From Eledone cirrhosa (lineage: Eukaryota): a stretch of DNA of 64,000 bases. The position numbers were made by a program, and so were the translations under genes. This document shows, piece by piece, positions 53,073 to 64,000 of this stretch. The stretch lies in NCBI GenBank assembly GCA_964016885.1, contig OZ024742.1, positions 272,056,001 to 272,120,000 of the forward strand, read 5' to 3'. Every line of letters starts with the position of its first letter. The stretch's first letter is position 1. The notes under the pieces are model-generated. The model made no database searches. It was not told the DNA's origin and saw only the letters and a program-made list of their open reading frames with translations.

Positions 53073-56000
53073 TTACAGATATATATTCAGAGTAGGCCCA
53101 TTCACTCGGGCCATTCTTGCTTCTCTCACCCATCTTTCAACAAAATGCTGGGAAGAGAGCACTTCCCTCTCTACTCTGATTTTCCTTTTCAAATGAAATT
53201 TGAAAAAGTCAATCAGAGCATCACCGAAGAGGTAAGTGCTCGTCTTCAGCCCTTTCAAACGTGTCCACCATACTATCTCTTTCGTCATGGCCACCAGACA
53301 GATAAAAAGTGCCTGCCCTTCCCGGCTAAAGGAGGAGGGCGGGGCAATCCTCACGATGGACTCAGATGATAGCCGGATCCGTCCTAAACGCGACAGCAGG
53401 TGTTCGACATAAACCCACAAGTCAGCAATTTTCGGGCACTGGACGAGTGCGTGCAGGACGGTTTCGTCGCCCTGCGCGCATCTCGGACATGCCCGGCTGA
53501 CGGCACCCCCATGCCTGTAGAGTTTATCCCGAACTGGCAAGGCTCCTCGGTAGCACTGCCAGGCCAGAGATTTCTGGAAGTTGTCCATAGGCCCTGGCCC
53601 GAAAGTTCTTCCGAAGAGATTGGCTAGTTGATTTTCGTCGACGCCTAGAGTTTCCCCAAGTACGTTGTCGCTCTTCCCCTCCACTAATCCTCTATAGAAC
53701 GCCGAGGTGGAGTTTCCACCGATCACATTGCCCGATTGGTCGAGCGCTGTGAGCGCCTGAAGACATTCCAGTTTCCAGGCGCTCCCTCTCGGTCTTCGCT
53801 TGACCCAGGACTGCAGCTCCGCCAAGGAAACGAGCTGGGGAAATACGTGTCTAGCAAACGGCGACCACACCTGATCACCGTCGAGGAAGAGGTGGAGATG
53901 TCGTAGCCTGAGCGCGATCCTGCTCATCATCAGCCACGGCATGCCCATCCCTCCACGTAGCGGGTGTTGACAACATATGGACCGCCTGACCATCGGAGCG
54001 CGTCCCTTCCACAAAAAGCGAAAGAGCAAACGCTCCAGCGCAGTCAGGCGAGGCTTAGGACAAGGTACGACGGTCAGGCGGATGCAGATGACAGACGCGA
54101 TGTACGCGCTAGCCACCTCCGCTCGACCTTTCAGGGATAGCTTCCTCTCCGCCCATTTCTGGGTGAGAGAAGCCAACCTGCTCGTCACGTCGTCCCAGTT
54201 TTTGTCCGTCTGGAGGTCCGGACCGAACCAGACCCCTAGCAATTTAACTCGTCCGTCCGTCCAGCGTCCGACGACGCTGTTGGACGGCATGGACCTGCCT
54301 CTCCAGGTGCCGAGCTGCAGGCCCACTGACTTTTCCTGGTTGATCATTGCTCCTGTCACCGCTTCGAAATTTTCTTAGTGTAGTGCCGATAGCCTCGATG
54401 TGTTCGGCGTTCGACACCACTACGGTGACATCGTCCGAATATGCTGACACGGATCTTCCGCATCCTAGTTCGCGCGGGATGCCCCTCAACGTCTCCAGTT
54501 TGTGCAGTAATGGCTCGACAGTCAATACGTACAAGAGGGACGAGAGGGGACATCCTTGGCGGACCGAGCGCATGATGTTGAACGGTTCCGACAGGTGACC
54601 GTTCACTCTCACCACAGAGCAGTTGTCGCTGTGCATGGCAGCGATCCAGCCCCTGAAGACGGGCACAAAGACAGCCGCCCTCAAGACTGCCGCTAGGTAA
54701 CGATGGTCGACCCTATCGAAAGATTTCGACTGATCTAAATTGATCAAGGACCCACCCGTGCCATGTTCCCTAGCTACCCTCTCTACGATGTATCGCATGA
54801 GGTGGAGGTTGTCGTGGATGGATCTGTCGGAAATGGCGCATGTCTGCGCCTCTCCCACCAGACCACCAACGACAAGCGCCAAGCTATTTGCTAGCACCTT
54901 GGCCAACATCTTGAACTCTGTGTTTAGCAGAGTTATGGGCCGGAAATTATCTATGTTATCCCCCTTATTCGGATCCTTTCTCAGCAGTGCCACCGCTCCT
55001 CGGCTCACAGAACTGGGAAATCTCCCGTTCTGTTGCCAGTTGCAGTAGACGTCCGCCAAGAGGCCTCCGAACAAGTCTGGCATCTGTACGTAAAGTACAT
55101 AGGGCAGACCATCCAAACCAGGCGAGTTACCCCTTGTGCAGCCAGTCATTGCCTCCCTTACTTCAGCGGCTGTTATCGGCTTTTCGCAACACTTCGCCTC
55201 AGTTGCCGAGATCCGCGGCAGTCCGTCGAGGTAGACAATAAAGTCCATCCCTCGACCCGGCCCACCGCTGCTCCCGAACAGCTGAGCGAAGTATCGCTGA
55301 AAGGCTTCACACATTTGCCCGGGATCGAGTAGCATGCGCCCGTCGTGGTCCAACAAAGACCGGATCGTGGCTTTGTTGCCACGACGCGCCTGCGCCACTC
55401 GGGCCCATTGAACGGCTTTCGTCCCCTCGTGTCTGAGAGCACGCACCCTTGCTCTGACAACGCACCCTTCGTGTTTTGCATTGAAGACTTGGTCAAGGGC
55501 CAATTTCGCCGAAAGCGGGTCGGTCGCAATACCTTTGCTAAGCGCCTCGTCTAATTTTCTAACTAGTTCTCCCTCTGCTCTATTTTTCTCTATTGCTAAA
55601 GCCTTACTAAACCTAATGGATTCTATTCTAATCGATCATTCCAGAGCAAACCACCACTTGTTGTTGACGATGGCCTCCGTCAACGCCCGATTAACTAGTT
55701 CGCTAATCCGGTCTCTGTAGGCCTTGCGCGCTGGTAAGGACGCGTTTAGCTTCCAGTAGCCGGGTCCTCGTCTATGAAGCCTATCTTAGTCAAGCACACA
55801 GATCACGAATTTGTGGTCCGTGTAGCTGACTATCTTTAACTCTGGACAGCCTATGCTAGACCTATCTATTTCCCTACAAAATACTCTATCTAGATATGAT
55901 CTGGATGACCCTATGCGATTTGTCTAAGTCCACATTGGCACATTCGGGAAATCCAATCGGTACCTGTCAGACAGTTCAAAACGCCTGAGCAGTATGGTGA

Positions 56001-56492
56001 GGCTCTTGCACCCTCCACCCCTATCCGCTAATCCCACACAGTCCCAGCGTGCATCTAAGATCCCGTTCCAGTCGCCCACTAACACTAAATAGCGGAACGT
56101 TCCAAGAAAGGTCTCCAGACGCCGGAATAAATCAGGCCGCCCTCCACCTATAGGGGCATAGGCGGCCACTAACCTGAAAGCTTGCCCGTCTCCGCTGGTC
56201 ACGTCCAGCACCACTAGCTTACCCTCTGGGTCCAGGAAGATGGCCCGTATGGCGAGATCCAAACCTCTCCGAAAAAACACAGCAACTCCTCCCCCCGATC
56301 CAGGACGGCTGGGAGATGCGTACACATTGTAGCCCCCGAAGATCGGTGCGAAGGCTCGTGCATCGGAGATTCTGGTCTCGCTGATGACACTACATCTATG
56401 TTTAGTGACCTGAGGTCGTTGAGCAGGTGACCCTGCTTCCATGACGGCCCCAAGCCACACGCATTTATGCTGCCTATTCTGAGTGAGGTCAT
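53073..56492 (-). pseudogene. Tx1 ORF2: APE endonuclease, RT, C-terminal zinc finger
   Basis: GDWN, YLDR, DH (APE); SPGLDG, NFRPITLLN, LDQSKSFDRVDH, RQGCPLS, AYSDD, KLLGV (RT); CPRC..HAL..C. Split by frameshifts. Confidence 0.95.
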
Positions 56493-56527
56493 GTTTAAAA
56501 TAGAGTGGAAAAGATGGGAAAGACCAC

Positions 56528-58621
56528 TTACCGTACTTTTCGTAGAGGAGGGATGGTTTTTACATCCCTTTTCACTTGATCGTCTGGTGAAGGGAGCGTT
56601 GAATCGTCCCTTCGGCTGGTCGTCGGCTCTTCTATGAGTATGTCTGAATATACTCTTCGATTGATAGTTCCTCCTAGGTCCCTGAAATCACCAACTGCGT
56701 TGGGGAATTTCGTTTTGATGTTTGTGTATTGTTTCTGTGTTATTTTTAGCAGTCTTATGTTAGTTGGCGTTTTGATTGGTGCTGGTATTATGTAGTCGTG
56801 TTGTGAAATGTCTGTGTGTTCAATTATGTAATTCATTAGTTTCTTGTTGTGTGTATTTATTGCCGTGCGTTTGTTTTTCTGGGGGTGGGGTGTGGTTCTG
56901 CTATTTTCTTGTCGTTGTTGCTGGGTGTGTGTGTTTTGTTGTTGTGTTTGCGATGTTGGTGCTTGTGGTGGTGGTGTTGAAGGTGTTGTTGGCGGTGGGG
57001 TTTTCGGCGGTGGTGATGGTGGTGCTAGTGTGGGTGGTGTTGGTGGTGTTGCTGCTGTGAGTCTCTTTGCAGTAGACTTTACCCTTTTCTCATTTCTTTC
57101 CTCCCTTTTCAAAGGCGACGATGCGGTGCTTCTGCGTTTGTGCCTTCTTACGACCTTTTGCCATCCCTCTCCCACCTCACACTCCATGTCTGATTCTGTA
57201 AGGTCGGGGAGGGGTACCAGTACACTCTTTCACTTGTTGTTGTTGGTGATGTTTGCACTGGAGTCTCTGTTGCAGCTGCATTTGGTATTGCTGTTGTTGT
57301 TGTTAATATTTCCACTGCTGCTGCTGTTTTTGATTTCCGTGGCGAGGGTATGGGTGCCACGGACCTATTGTTCCTGGTTGCCGCTTGTCCTGTTGCTGGT
57401 AGCCGTGGAGCCGGTTTCGGAAGGAGGGGAGGTTTCTCCTTTCTCATGGTCTTCTCGTTGCAGAAGGCCCTGAGGTGAGTCTTCGACCCACAGCAAAAGC
57501 ATTTCGGGCGTTTGCCCTCAACACTTATGGGCAGTTGAGTGCCGTTATCGAAGTCTATCACATCCGGGATAGCTTCGATGCACTCCTGGTTGGTTTGGAT
57601 TAACATCTCAATGGAGGTGCCGACCCAATCTTCTCTTACTTTTTTCTGTACTTGCAGTACAGTTGTTTTGTCCTCGATTCCGACGAGGACAGACGCGGCC
57701 AGCCAAGAAGGGGCCATCCCCGGGGTCGTGGGTCAGTTTGACCCTCACAATTTTTTGCCCGCAGTAGGATGGCACCAACACCACTTCCTCGCTCCTTAGG
57801 GTCACTACGGATTGAGTCTTTGCCTCCTGGGATGTGGCAAAAAGTACGTCTACGGTGGCATATTTTTTGCCTCGGGTGATGTGCGTTTTCCGCTGCCACA
57901 GACCCCAAGGCTTTTTGTGTTTCAGCCTCTGTGGCTCTTTCGACCCTACGCGATTTTGTACTTACTGTACGGTACGTGACCGTACAGTGCTGTTGGGTTT
58001 CGAAAAATGTTTCCGCTGCCTTGCAGATTGCTCGGTGTCTGTTCTTTGTCACCATCTTCTTCGCTTCCTCTAATTCCTCATTTGTTATGAGTATTGTTTC
58101 CAGGTTCTTCGCGATACCTGCAAACGAGATTGGTTTTTCTTTGCTGCTGCTGTTGTTGTTGTCGTCAGAGCTGCTGTTACTTTTGTTGTTGCTGCAGGTA
58201 CTACGACTACTGCCTCCGCCGCTGTTGCTGTGGTTGTTGTTGGTGTTGCTGCTGCTAATGCTGTTGTTATTTATGCTGCTGGTGATGCTGTTGCGGCTGC
58301 TACTGTTGTTTTCATTGTCACTGTTGCTGTTGTTATTACGGCTGCTACTGCTATTATTCCTGACGTCAGACGAATGAAATGGATTTTCGTATTTTCCGCA
58401 CACCTGTTTCGTCGTTGGCGTCGTCGTCGTGGAGAAATCTGGCACGCTTTGCACGAGACATTTCTTTTCTGTCGTCGCTTGCGAAAGAGAAGTGAGGGAG
58501 AGAGAGACACATTTAAAGAAGGGAGGGAGAGAGACAATCTTCTCTCTGCTGTAGTGATGATTGAGGAAGAAGAAGACGGAATGAGTGGGAGTGACCTATG
58601 AAAATTATTTTTCGTAGCCAT
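56528..58621 (-). pseudogene. Tx1 ORF1 with Ser/Asn tract, CCHC knuckle and Pro/Thr tract
   Basis: EGKRPKCFCCGSKTHLRAFC, GWQKV. Four overlapping ORF pieces. Confidence 0.88.
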
Positions 58622-58853
58622 GTTGTTTTTTTGGTTTAAAATAAATTTTGGGCACAAAAGACCAATAAGCAGTTATTTAACCCCGAAGGGCCAAATAACG
58701 GGCAGAAAGACCCCTCTCACGAGGAGGAGGGTGTTTTTGTCTACAAGTTCGTTAAAGTTTTAAACAATTTACAATTGTTATAGCGTTCAAAATTTACAAT
58801 ACCTTACAGAGCCGAGCCTCCGTCAACCATAGCATAATAAAAATTATAATAAT

Positions 58854-61800
58854 AGTTCGAATAACGGTGAAGTGGAGACTAGAATGTCATGTGACAGACT
58901 CTCATCCAGCAGGTGCTCCCTGACTCAGCAGCAGAGATCTGGCTGTCAACCAAATACTACTGGTGTCGGAGGAAGAAGAAGAAGGAAAATGGACCAGAAC
59001 CAACTGGACGAAATAATTGAATAGAACTGTTATGCAATGTTACCTGAAGAGTAACCGCAAAGAGAAAGGCTATAGGAAACGGATGCATAACATCTGGAAC
59101 GAGATTGGTCTATTTAAATTAGATGAACAAAAATTGGCCAGGCAGGCTCGGTTAATACGAACTAATGGGTGGATACGCGAGCTGGAACTGGAGGAACTGA
59201 GCAGAGAGATTAGCTTGGAAATGGAGAGTGGAGTATGCCAGGCAAACGAGCCAGTGGGAAATGAAGGTGAAGAGGTTGAGAGAACGGAGGAACCATCCGA
59301 AGCAGACAATGATCTGAATGCTGAGATAAATAATACCTCGAACAGAGATACGGCCACTGAGGAGATGAATGCTGACGGGCTAGGACACGATTTGGTTGAT
59401 ATCCTAAACTTAGTGGTAGATGAATTGAACAATTATAGTGGGAAACCTACGAACCTAAGATTTGTAGACAGGAAAAAGTTAAAAGAAACAACAGCTAAGG
59501 TAAACAAAGTCATCCCATACCTTGAGGCGAGGAGCCTTCACCAGTGCAACAATATCCTCAAAGCAACAGCAAATGCGGTGAGGAAATTACTTGGTATAAA
59601 AGCGAGAGGAAACAACAAACAAGAAAGATCAGAGCCTTGGTGGAAGAAACGACTGAGTGGTCAAATCAAGGAAATGGGAAATGACATTGGAAAGCTTGAG
59701 TCCCTACTGAATGGGACACTGAAAAACATAGACAATAAAAATAGACTGTAAATAAAGTACAAAACTAGGAGGAAAAAGCTAAATATTATCATAGAGGAAC
59801 TGGAGCAACGCTTGTAGCAAAGAGTGCAAAAAGTAGGCGTTACGAGAGCAGAGTCAGTCAGTATAGACAGAACCGTTTGACAATAACCAGAAGATGTTGT
59901 TTGGACAGCTTGAAGGGAAAGAAAGAGGCAACGACTTGATCCCTGAGGCGGAACAAGCTAAAACATTCTGGAGAGGAATATGGGAGCAGGATGTTAAAAA
60001 TAATGACCATGCAGTGTGGATTGAGACAGTACAGAAGGAGATTAGTGGACACAGTTGAAACTCTTAAGGGGCAGGACAAAAAACTAACCAACTGGAAATC
60101 AACAGGCCCATATGGTGTGCAGGGGTATTGGATTAAAAATATAATATCCCTCCACCCGAAACTGACAACCATGTTCAATGACTGCTTGATGTCAGGTGAG
60201 GTACCAGAGTGGTTGACAAAAGGTACCACAGTTCTGGTAATGAAGGACCGAATCAAGGGTAATGATGTTACCAACTATAGACCTATCACATGTCTGTCCG
60301 TAATGTGGAAACTGTTGACAAGCATTATATCTGAGGAAATCTACCATCACCTCCACACAAACAACTTGTTACCGGACGAACAGAAAGGATGCCGAAAGAA
60401 GTCCCGTGGTACAAAGGACCAGTTACTTATTGATAAGATGGAAATGAGGAATTGCAAGAGGAGACACACTGGTCTTGCCATGGGATCGATAGACTACAAA
60501 AAGGCATTTGACATGGTGCCTCATTCTTGGATCACCAAAAGCCTAGAGATCTTCAAGGTGGCAGATAACATCAGACAGTTGTTGGGAAAAAGTATGAAGT
60601 CCTGGGAAACAGAGTTACAATCAGCTGGAGAATCCTATGGGAGGCGTGAAGATCAAGATAGGTATCTTCCAGTGAGATAGTCTGTCCCCTCTGTTGTTTG
60701 TCCTTGCCCTAATGCCCCTGATCATTATACTGCGAAAAGTGAGAGCTGGATACAAGTTGGGAAAGGGAGACTTACCATCAATAACATCCTCTTCATGGAC
60801 GATCTTAAGCTCTTCGGAAAGAGTGAGAAGGAGTTGGATGTGCTTGTTGACACTGTCCGTATTTTCAACAATGATATATGTATGCAATTTGGTATTAGTA
60901 AGTGTGGAGTCCTTGTGATGAAGAGGGGTAAATTGAGCAGAAGCAACGGAATCCAGGTACAAACGGGTGAGATGATAAAGGAAATTGACACTGAAGAAGG
61001 ATACAAGTATTTGGGTGTTCTGGAGGCTGATGACATCAATAACAAAATAATGAAGGAATTGATAAGAACTGAATACATTCGGAGAGTCAGGAGCGTATTA
61101 AAGTCACATCTAAAGAGTAGGAATGCCCTAACTGCAGTACATTCCCGAGCTGTGTCTATTATTAGGTACAGTGCGGGAATTCTGAGATGGAATGTTGCTG
61201 AACAAAAAGAAATGGATAGGAAGACTAGGAAGCTATTGACTATCTACAACATGTTCCACAAGAGGAGTGATATCGATAGACTCTACTTAAGGAGATCTGA
61301 AGGTGGAAGGGGTCTTATCAGCATAGGGGACTGTGTTCAGATGGAGAAAAACAATCTACACAAATACGTGACTGATAGTAGGGAGCCAATGCTCAGAACT
61401 GTACTGAAGGAGAGGACAATAGACCAGGGGATGTCCAAAGAGGAAATAACAAGTAGAAAGAGCAGCCTGCAAGAAAAATCCCTTCATAGTACCTTCTTTG
61501 AGAAAACTGAATTCAGAGATCCACAGACATGGAACTGGTTGAACGGAGGAGACCTTAAACAGGCTACAGAAGGAACGTTAATGGCTGCGGAAGAGCAGGC
61601 CCTCAAAACGAAGTGGTTGAAACACCATATTTACAAGGAGGAGGCTAGCCCGCTGTGCAGGATCAGTGGAGAGAGAGAAGAGACTGTGGCTCACATTGTA
61701 TCCAAGTGTAAACACCTAGCCCAGACTCACTATAAAGGCTGGAGACATGATGGGCATGGTGATCCACTGGCACCTATGCAAAGTAAACAAATTACCACAT

Positions 61801-62306
61801 TCTGAGAAGTAGTATGAGCATAAGCCAGAGTCGGTGATAGAAAACGATCAGGTGAAGGTGCTTGGGATTTTAGGATACAGACGGACAAGAAACTGGAACA
61901 CAATAGACCTGACCTGGTGGTTTTGGACAAAGAAAAAAAGATCGTGCCTGATTATGGATGTGGCCTGCCCATTCGACACGAGAGTGCAAGAGAAGGAGAG
62001 GGAGAAAATTAACCGAAACCAGGACTTAAAGTGGGAGGTAAAAAGGATTTGGAACTGCCATCAAATCAAAGTGGTCTCGATTCTCATAGGCGCACTAGGT
62101 ACTATCTCAAAAAATTTCCAGCGATGGTTAAAGAAATTTGGCCCAGCCACGCTTTTTGGAACACTTCAAAAGGCATGCTTACTGGTAACAGCAAGAACCC
62201 TCCGATACGTCCTGAATATCTGAGGCTGCAGGTAGTGGCTTGATATTCATTTCAACAAACTTTCCACTTAACTAACATCAATGACTGAGACTCAAAGAAC
62301 AATAAT
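58854..62306 (+). mobile_element. Near full-length R4/Dong-type LINE (single frameshifted ORF ~58884-62223)
   Basis: N-terminal N..VMQCY..S..GYRKRM..IW; RT motifs NYRPITCL, DYKKAFDMVPH, MDDLKLF, YKYLGV; CCHC; RLE PD..D..K; AATAAT tail. Confidence 0.95.
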
Positions 62307-64000
62307 GCTTTCTTTATTAACCACAAGGGTTTACATAAAGTAGACAGTACAGGACAATACAGGACGGTACAAATGGGCATTTCTGCGTGTAAAAAAACAA
62401 GAGGAAGTAATAAAAAAATAACAATGAAAAATTCCCCAATAGGAGGGAGACTTCCGAGGGACATTTGTGGATGAAAAGGTTAATCAGAGCATCACCGAAG
62501 AGGAAACTGCTCGTCTTCAGCCATTTTTAAACGTGTCCACCATACTATCTCTTTCGCCATGGCCACCAGACAGATAAAAAGTGCCTGCCCTTCCCGGCTA
62601 AAGGAAGAGGGCGGGGCAATCCTCACGATGGACTCAGCTGATAGCCAGATCCGTCCTACACGTGACAGCAGGTGTTCGACATAAACCTACAAGTCAGCAA
62701 TGCTCGGACACTGGACGAGTGCGTGCAGACGGTTTCTTCGTCCTGCGCGCATCTCGGACATGCCCGGCTGACGGCACCTCAATGCCATAGAGTTTACCCC
62801 GAACTGGCAAAGCTCCTCGGTAGCACTGCCAGGCCAGGGATTTCTGGAAGTTGTCCATTGGCCCCGGCCCGAAAATCCTTCTAAAGAGATTGGCTAGTTG
62901 AATTTCGTCGACGCCTAGAGTTTCTCCAAGTATCTCGTCACTCTTCCTCTCCAATAAACCTCTATAGAAAGCCTAGGTGGAGCTCCACCGATCACATTGC
63001 CCAATTTGTCGAGGGCTGTGAGCGCCTTAAGACATTCCAATCTCCAAGCGCTACCTCTCAGTCTTCGCTTGACCCAGGACTGCAGCTCCGTCAAGAAGAC
63101 GATCTGGGGAAAGACGTGTCTAGCAAACGGCGACTACACCTGATCAGCGTCGAGGAAGCGGTGGAGATGTCGTAGCCTGAGCGAGTGTCTGCGCATCATC
63201 GGCCATGGCATGCCTAGCCCTCCACGTAGCGGGTGTTGACAGTAGATGGCCCGCCTGACCATCGGAGCGCGTCCCTTCCACAAAAAGCGAAAGAGCAAAC
63301 GCTCCAGCGCAGTCAGGCGCGGCTTAGGACAAGATACGACGGTCAGGCGGTAGTAGATAACGGAGGCGATGTACGCGTTAGCCCCCTCCGCTCGACCTTT
63401 CAGGGATAGATTCCTCCCTGTCCATTTCTGGGTGAGAGAAGCCACCCTGCTCGTGACCTCGTCCCAGTTTTTGTCTGTCTGGAGGTCCGGACCGAACAAG
63501 ACCCCTAGCAATTTAACCAGTCCATCCGTCCAGCGGCCGACGAGGCTGTTGGACGGCATGGGCCTGTCTCTCCAGGTGCCGTGCTGCAGGCCCACTGACT
63601 TTTCCTGGTTGATCATTGATCCTGTCACCGCTTCGTATTATCTTAGTGTAGTGCCGATCGCCTCGATGTGTTTGGCGTTCGACATTACTACGATGACATC
63701 ATCCGCATATGCTGACTCGGATCTTTCGCATCCTAGTTCGCGCGGACCCACCTCAACGTCTCCAGTTTGTGCAGTAAAGGCTCGAGAGTCAATACGTACA
63801 AGAGGGACGAGAGACGACACCCTTGGCGGACCGAGCGTATGATGTTGAACGGTTCCGACAGGTGACCGTTCAGTCTCACCACAGAGCAGATGTCGCTGTG
63901 CGTGGCAGCGATCCAGCCTCTGAAGACGGGCCCAAAGTTAGCCGCCCTCAGGACTGCCGCTAGGTATCGATGGTCGACCCTATCGAAAGATTTCGACTGA
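62301..64000 (-). mobile_element. Tx1-type LINE, 3' part, continuing beyond the window; ~200-bp deletion near 62470
   Basis: Colinear with 52820-54730; AYADD motif. Confidence 0.95.

Larger units (their letters stand above)
52775..58835 (-). mobile_element. Full-length Tx1/L1-type LINE (5' UTR, ORF1, ORF2, 3' UTR, (ATT)n tail), frameshifted
   Basis: Complete domain order, an (AAT)n run at 52775-52818, and an AAT-rich remnant at the 5' end. Confidence 0.95.

Noticed and set aside
56776-58601. Leu/Val-rich plus-strand ORFs that look like membrane proteins (also 330-2189)
   Set aside because: They are antisense readings of low-complexity Tx1 ORF1.

Overview
This is AT-rich, microsatellite-dense eukaryotic DNA. 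The SINEs resemble the tRNA-derived SINEs of octopod cephalopods, but that assignment is from recall, not a database search. I cannot support any intact host gene; there is only a speculative chain of small in-frame exons. Almost all coding signal comes from decayed transposons: four Tx1/L1-type LINE copies (one full-length), four R4/Dong-type RLE LINE copies, an RTE LINE, a very old Ty3/Gypsy pol remnant, an internally deleted Helitron, and at least seven Penelope-like (RT/GIY-YIG) fragments. The most striking unexplained layer is RNA structure. More than a dozen type I hammerhead ribozyme (HHR) motifs from about ten unrelated families sit in Penelope pseudo-LTRs or stand alone. One is a canonical HHR at the junction of a 511-bp non-coding tandem repeat whose first unit starts at the predicted cleavage site (retrozyme-like). 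Other notable items are repeated Tx1/Dong pairing on (AAT)n with an identical 14-nt linker, an inverted ~2-kb duplication that looks like a LINE 3' transduction, and a 420-bp tandem with a structured non-HHR junction. All coordinates and pairings were read by eye; element boundaries are approximate.
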